A program made the position numbers and the translations under genes. Source: Eledone cirrhosa (Eukaryota). Taken from it: a stretch of DNA of 64,000 bases. A model generated the notes under the pieces. The model worked only from the letters and a program-made list of their open reading frames with translations. It ran no database searches and was not told the origin of the DNA. The DNA lies in NCBI GenBank assembly GCA_964016885.1, contig CAXHJY010000330.1, positions 101,434 through 165,433 of the forward strand, read 5' to 3'. This document shows positions 56,830 through 64,000 of this stretch, in pieces. Position 1 is the stretch's first letter, and the number at the start of each line of letters is the position of its first letter.

Positions 56830-57260
56830 ATATATATATGTATATACACACACACATATATATATATATACACATACACATACATCCATAAATACACACT
56901 ATAACCAACAGCATTCCAACAATGACCATCACTCTGTTTTTTATTCTTTATTTGAATAGTTTCATGACACTTATCCTTCCTTTAAGACAGTATAGTGAGG
57001 TATTTGAGGGATATTTGGCTGTTATTTCTAGCGTATTGCTAGTCCACTTCTACAAGGTACTCACAGGATATTTCAATGAAATGGATGTTTCGGATGTTTC
57101 ACCTTTATCTGATAACTGGTGCTGAGGTTTTATTGCAAGGAATTGATGAAGCAAGGTTTTCTAGGTCCCTCGTTCAGTAAGTACTATACAAGATCTGAAA
57201 TAGATCTTGGTGGTGTGTGTGTATGTGGGGGGTGGAGGGGAATATATATATATATATATA

Positions 57261-57318
<58 letters not shown>

Positions 57319-57458
57319 GTGTGTGTGTGTAGATATATATGTATGTATATATATGTAGAATATATGTATGTATATATATGTATATATATATGTATATATA
57401 TATGTATATATGTATATATGTATATATATATATGTATATATATATATATGTATATATG

Positions 57459-57494
<36 letters not shown>

Positions 57495-57568
57495 TATAAT
57501 GTGTGTGTGTGTAGATATATATGTATGTATATATATGTAGAATATATATATATATATGTATATATATG

Positions 57569-57601
<33 letters not shown>

Positions 57602-57770
57602 GTATATATATATATGTATATATATATGTATATATATGTATATATATATATCTATATATATATATATATGTATGTATATATGTATACATGTATGTATATA
57701 TGTATGTATATATGTATGAATATATATATATGTATATATATGTATGTAGATATGTATATATATGTATATG

Positions 57771-57841
<71 letters not shown>

Positions 57842-57910
57842 AAATGCATATATATATATATATGCATATATATGTATAGATATGTGTATATATATATATA
57901 TATATATAAG

Positions 57911-57943
<33 letters not shown>

Positions 57944-58154
57944 GTATATGTAAGTGTGTGGATACCTTACTGACATTTCGCTGTTACTCTGACCAAAAGT
58001 GACCACCACTACTAACTAACAAACAAACAAAACACCCTTCTAGATGCTTCAACGTTGTTGTGCTGTCTTGTCTCACCAATCCTATACTGACCACCACTCC
58101 TTAGTTACTAGACTTCTCATATAAAATACTAAAAATACTGGAGTCTTCCGTTTA

Positions 58155-58200
58155 AGGTTCTTCCGAGATTCGGACCCCGATCGCTGGATTTAGAGTCTGA
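58155..58200 (-). pseudogene. tRNA-Gln-like 3' half (pseudogene)
   Basis: Reverse complement tcagactctaaatccagcgatcggggtccgaatctcggaagaacct resembles eukaryotic tRNA-Gln ...GACTCTGAATCCAGCGATCCGAGTTCAAATCTCGGTGGAACCT. Adjacent to a decayed S1 SINE (58205-58300). Confidence 0.65.
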
Positions 58201-58344
58201 AGTATGAACGGATTTGAACCCAGAACGTAAAGGGCCATAACTCTGTGCTCCATTTTTTTTGGGGGGGGGGGTTGTCCGACGCTCTACCAATCCTATACCG
58301 AAGTCTTTATACCCATTGCATAATGTCATTCTTCATTTAAGTAA

Positions 58345-59632
58345 GGTTCTATAGTGTAATGGTTAGAAATATTTGAGGAGCGCAGGTGTTCAATAATGTA
58401 GTGGGTAGACATTCGGTTGTTGGTGGTGGAAGAGGGGACCAATGGTGTAATGGTTAGTATTTTTTAAGGGTTAAGGGAACGTAGGTGTTCTATGGTGTAA
58501 TGGTTAGTATTTTTTTAAGGGTTAGGGGAATGTAGGTGTTCTATGGTGTAATGGTTAGTATTTTTTTAAGGGTTGGGGGTATGTAGGTGTTCTATGGTGT
58601 AATGGTTAGCATTTTTTTAAGGGTTGGGGAGTGTAGGTGTTCTATGGTGTAATGGTTAGCATTTTTTTAAGGGTTAGGGGAACGTAGATGTTCTATGGTG
58701 TAATGGTTAGCAATTTTTTAAGGGTTGGGGGAACATAGGTGTTCTATGGTGTAATGGTTAGTATTTTTTAAGGGTTAGGGGAACGTAGGTGTTCTATGGT
58801 GTAATGGTTAGCATTTTTTTAGGGGTTGGGGAGTGTAGATGTTCTATGGTGTAAGGGTTAGGGGAATGTAGGTGTTCTATGGTGTAATGGTTAGTATTTT
58901 TTTAAGGGTTAGGGGAACGTAAATGTTCTATAGTGTAATGGTTAGCATTTTTTTAAGGGTTGGGGGAACATAGGTGTTCTATGGTGTAATGGTTAGTATT
59001 TTTTAAGGGTTAGGGGAACGTAGGTGTTCTATGGTGTAATGGTTAGTATTTTTTTAAGGGTTGGGGTATGTAGGTGTTCTATGGTGTAATGGTTAGTATT
59101 TTTTTAAGGGTTAGGGGAGTGTAGGTGTTCTATGGTGTAATGGTTAGCATTTTCTTAAGGGTTAGGGGAGTGTAGGTGTTCTATGGTGTAATGGTTAGCA
59201 TTTTTTTAAGGGTTAGGGGAACGTAGATGTTCTATGGTGTAATGGTTAGCATTTTTTTAAGGGTTGGGGAGTGTAGGTGTTCTGTGGTGTAATGGTTATC
59301 ATTTTTTTAAGGTTTAGGGGAGCATAATGGTGTAATGGTTAGCATTTTATGAAGGGTTAGGAGAACGTAGGTGTTCTTTGGTGTAATGGTTAGTATCTTT
59401 TAAGGGTTGGGGAGAATGTAGGTGTTCTATGGTGTAATGGTTGGCATTTTTTAAAGGGTTGGGGGTATGTAGGTGTTCTCTGGTGTAATGGTTAGTATTT
59501 TTTAAGGGTTGGGGAGAACGTAGGTGTTCTATGGTGTAATGGTTAGCATTTTTAGGGCAGATGTTCAATATTGTAATAGTAACACATTCGGTTGTTGGTG
59601 ATGAACACAGCGTTTGAATCTCGATGGAACCT
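58345..59632 (+). repeat. ~50-bp satellite built on a tRNA-Gln-like 5' segment
   Basis: Unit gtaggtgttctatggtgtaatggttag(c/t)atttttt(t)aagggtt(a/g)gggga. Array starts ggttctatagtgtaatggttag and ends gtttgaatctcgatggaacct. Confidence 0.85.
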
Positions 59633-59818
59633 TAAGCATTTAAAATATATTCTAGGGTCTTTTACCCTATATATATATATATATATCCACCCCCCCTCCT
59701 CCACCCTCTCCACTCCACCCCCCAGCGTCCATTGACCCCGATCCCGTCACCTCTCTATCTCTTAATCGGCGCTTCTGCTAACAAAATAGTTTGCTCGAAT
59801 TTTCTAAATGTGTATATA

Positions 59819-59974
<156 letters not shown>

Positions 59975-59978
59975 TATA

Positions 59979-60022
<44 letters not shown>

Positions 60023-60223
60023 TATATACATACATATATATATGCATATATACATACATATATATATGCAAATATACATACATATATATATATATATATA
60101 TGCAAATATACATACATATATATATATATATGCAAATATACATACATATATATATATATATATGCATATATACATACATATATATATGCATATATACATA
60201 CATATATATATATATATATATGC

Positions 60224-60255
<32 letters not shown>

Positions 60256-60440
60256 GCATATATACATACATATATATGCATATATACATACATATATATA
60301 TATATATATACATATATATAATATATATCATATATATATATATATCTAATATATATATATAATATATATCATATATATATATATATATCTAATATATATC
60401 ATATATATATATATATATATCTAATATATATATAATATAT

Positions 60441-60505
<65 letters not shown>

Positions 60506-61012
60506 ATATATGTATATATGTATATATGTATCTATATATAGCTACATTTTCTGGATGTTTTTTTTTGGGATGCCACGCATGATTTAATCTGGAACGTTTT
60601 ATTGTTTTATTGTTTTATTTAATTCTTAATCCATCCATCCAAACATCCATGCATGACTGACTGACCACCTCTCCCACCCTTAACCCCCATACACCCACCC
60701 ACACACCTAAAACCTACCAACCCCTTTTTACTTTTATTTTCAGCATCTTGTCAGTTGTAGTTGTAGTAGTAGTAATAGTAGTTGTATTTGTTTTGTAATA
60801 CAAATGCCTGTTGTTATTTTTCTTTTAAATGTGATTATATTTAACCTTTATATTTTGTAATTTTTGTTGTTGTTGTTCTTGTTGTTTTAACTTGGGAAGG
60901 TAAGGGCGCGTGGCCTAGTGGTCAAGGAATTCGGATGCATAATCAAAAGCCAGGTGATGCGTTTTTTTTGTTGCTGTTTTTTTTGCGAAAAATACTATAG
61001 TTAAGAAATTAT

Positions 61013-61290
61013 ATCATCATCATCATTTTACATCCGCATTTCTCTGCTTGAAAGGGTGGGACAGGTCTTATTCAGCACAGCATCTCTCCACTTGTCACAG
61101 TCCTTCGTCATCTCCTCCGTGAGTTTCAGTGACCTAAGGTCTGCTCTCACCACTTCCGCAAGATGTTTTTCGTGGTCTTCCTCTACTGCGTCTTCCTTCT
61201 ACTAGGATTTCTTGGCACTTCTTTACTCAGCAGTCATCCTCCCTGCGCATCACATGTCCATACCATCACAGTTTTCTCTCCCGCACACTA
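61013..61290 (-). mobile_element. RTE LINE 3' end fragment
   Basis: Reverse complement is homologous to 35020-35290, including the (GAT)n tail. Confidence 0.8.
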
Positions 61291-61549
61291 TGTATATATA
61301 TTTATATTTTTAACTGTTGGTCAATCTATGATAAACATTGATTGCCAGCTAAATTGTTTATAGAAATATATAAAACAAATATATACTGAAATTAAAGCAA
61401 AAACCAAACCAAACAGTGAGTGTGTTTTACTATTTTTTGGCAATATGAGGACAACATAACCCTCCCTGAATATAACAATATCTGTTTCAACACACGATTT
61501 CATATCAAAAACCTTAGAAAACAAATACATCGCCACTATGTTTAACATT

Positions 61550-61845
61550 GCTCCTTCTACCAGGAGTTGTAACCAACAGATAGTATCAGCAATGGAAAGA
61601 CCAATGGAAATATTGTTTCCTTGTTCTGATCTGATGATCAGCTCCTTTCTTCTACCAGGAGTTGTAACTGACAGATAGTATCAGCAATGGAAAGACCAAT
61701 GGAAATATTGTTTCCTTGTTCTGATCTGATGATCAGCTCCTTTCTTCTACCAGGAGTTGTAACCAACAGATAGTATCAGTAATGGAAAGACCAATGGAAA
61801 TATTGTTTCCTTGGTCTGATCTGATGATCAGCTCCTTTCTTCTGT
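61550..61845 (+). repeat. 95-bp tandem repeat x3
   Basis: tctaccaggag at 61556, 61651 and 61746. Confidence 0.9.
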
Positions 61846-61881
61846 CAGATCCAGCTGAGGCCATGTTGGGGCACCACCCTT

Positions 61882-61919
<38 letters not shown>

Positions 61920-62073
61920 CAAAAAGGAAGAGTATATATATGCATGTACATACATATATATATACATATATATATGTATATATATATATATATGCGTGTA
62001 TATATATATGAAACTAATAAGACTTTGTGTTCTTGAATCTCTATGTTTATCTTGTCTATTCTTGAGCTATATA

Positions 62074-62116
<43 letters not shown>

Positions 62117-62188
62117 GCATCTATATGTATATATATATATATATATATACGCATGTATATGTAGATGTATATATATATATATATCTAT

Positions 62189-62246
<58 letters not shown>

Positions 62247-62324
62247 GCATCTATATGTATATATATGTATATATATATATATATATACGCATCTATATGT
62301 AGATGTATATATATATATATCATC

Positions 62325-62355
<31 letters not shown>

Positions 62356-62767
62356 CACATATATATACACCTTCTCTTCTAACCCACCCACCCACCCCTG
62401 CCACGAACCAGTTCTTGTTCTCACGTTTAACAGTTCTCAACCATCGTCATCTTCAGCACAACAAACGCTTCAAACATTTTCGGAATCTTCATCATACACT
62501 ACATAACTATTATGAAAAGAAAACATTCTGTCTATGAAGCTATCCAGCCATGCCCTTCCCTCACTAAAAGCTAAGCCACTAAATTATATGAAGGAATTCC
62601 TAACAGCAATAAGTGGCTTAATAAACCGTTTTGCTTTTCTACTTTCCCCCCTCCTCCGACCCGACCCTTTCCAGCTACAGCCCCGGTCCCCCTCGCAAAT
62701 AATAACAACAACAACAACAACAACAAAAATAATAACACTTTCTTTTGTTGTTCTTATAACAATGATA

Positions 62768-63511
62768 ATAATTGTTTCTACGTTTGGCACAAGGCCAGCA
62801 ATTATCCCAGTGTATTACTGGTACTTTATTTTATCGATCCCGTAATGATGAAGGACAAAGTTAACCTCTGAGAAATTTGAACTCAGACCAAACTCAGACC
62901 ATATAATAATTGTTTCTACTTTTGGCACAAGGCCAGCAAATATCCCAGTGTATTACTGGTACTTTATTTTATCGATCCCGTAATGATGAAGGACAAAGTT
63001 AACCTCTGAGAAATTTGAACTCAGACCAAACTCAGACCATATAATAATTGTTTCTACGTTTGGCACAAGGCCAGCAATTATCCCAGTGTATTACTGGTAC
63101 TTTATTTTATCGATCCCGTAATGATGAAGGACAAAGTTAACCTCTGAGAAATTTGAACTCAGACCAAACTCAGACCATATAATAATTGTTTCTACGTTTG
63201 GCACAAGGCCAGCAATTATCCCAGTGTATTACTGGTACTTTATTTTATCGATCCCGTAATGATGAAGGACAAAGTTAACCTCTGAGAAATTTGAACTCAG
63301 ACCAAACTCAGACCATATAATAATTGTTTCTACTTTTGGCACAAGGCCAGCAAATATCCCAGTGTATTACTGGTACTTTATTTTATCGATCCCGTAATGA
63401 TGAAGGACAAAGTTAACCTCTGAGAAATTTGAACTCAGACCATAAAGGGCCGTAACTCTTTGCTGCAAAGCATGGCGTCCGACCCTCTGCCGATACTGCC
63501 AATCCACCGCC
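62768..63511 (-). repeat. SINE S1 with its 3' part amplified as a 138-bp tandem x5
   Basis: Units start at 62768, 62906, 63044, 63182 and 63320; single head at 63440-63511. Confidence 0.9.
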
Positions 63512-64000
63512 CTAGCCAATATATAACAGACCATATAATAATATCGACCCCGTAAGGATGAAAGGCAAAGTTAACCTCGGCGGGATTTGAACTGCTGGAC
63601 CGAGATCTTTGGCGCTACACAGTAATAGAGAAGACCTGCCTTACCTAAGTGCAAAGTGAAACCTACTACAGTCAGTAGGCACCTCTAACAAAATACACCC
63701 CGTCCCACTACCCCCACCCCATCCACACCACGCCTTTCAATATAAAGTTATGTTGGTACCACAACATCCAGCCCGAAACAAACGAGGTCGTGTAGGTGTC
63801 ACGACAAACAAAACACACAGTCCACGCTGTAATGTGGCCATGTAGGTAACACGGTAAAAACCTCCCAGTCCACGCTGTAAACGCGGTTGGTGTTGGGAAG
63901 GGCATCCAGCTGTAGAAAACCCACCAGACGTGTAGATGTCACGATAATAAAACACACAGTCCACACTGTAATGTGGCCATGTAGGTAACACGGTAAAAAC

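Noticed and set aside
58440-59550. Interstitial telomeric repeat
   Set aside because: TTAGGG occurs only once per unit in a subset of units, not as tandem hexamers.
61550-61845. CTGATGA in the 95-bp tandem as a hammerhead or C/D snoRNA array
   Set aside because: No properly placed GAAA/NUH with pairing helices I and III; no terminal stem.

Overview
Repeat-rich eukaryotic DNA, inferred to be coleoid cephalopod (octopus-like) from the SINE/RTE families, the (TA)n/(CCA)n/(GAT)n density and the gene present; no database search was run. Only one real protein-coding gene is visible: a 7-EC protocadherin with a large exon at 46953-49755 (ATG 46981) and a cytoplasmic exon at 51839-51983 that the ORF track misses. 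Nearly all other listed ORFs are microsatellite/satellite artefacts or RTE-LINE fragments. The main hidden signal is a set of short ORF-less elements embedded in (TA)n tracts. They carry type I hammerhead ribozymes: 12 complete canonical cores read by eye, 2 copies of a CAGAAGA core variant, and several half-ribozymes. Many are fold-back palindromes whose turning point lies in or just 5' of the ribozyme, and most families share a downstream TTGAGTRY motif. They look like non-autonomous Penelope-like pLTR/retrozyme-type elements. Also present: a piggyBac-like MITE carrying a 72-bp satellite with higher-order repeats, found twice at the same TTAA of a host repeat; a satellite grown inside a tRNA-Gln-like sequence; a mariner-like MITE; tRNA-derived SINEs; and RTE-derived non-autonomous elements. 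Repeat boundaries are approximate.
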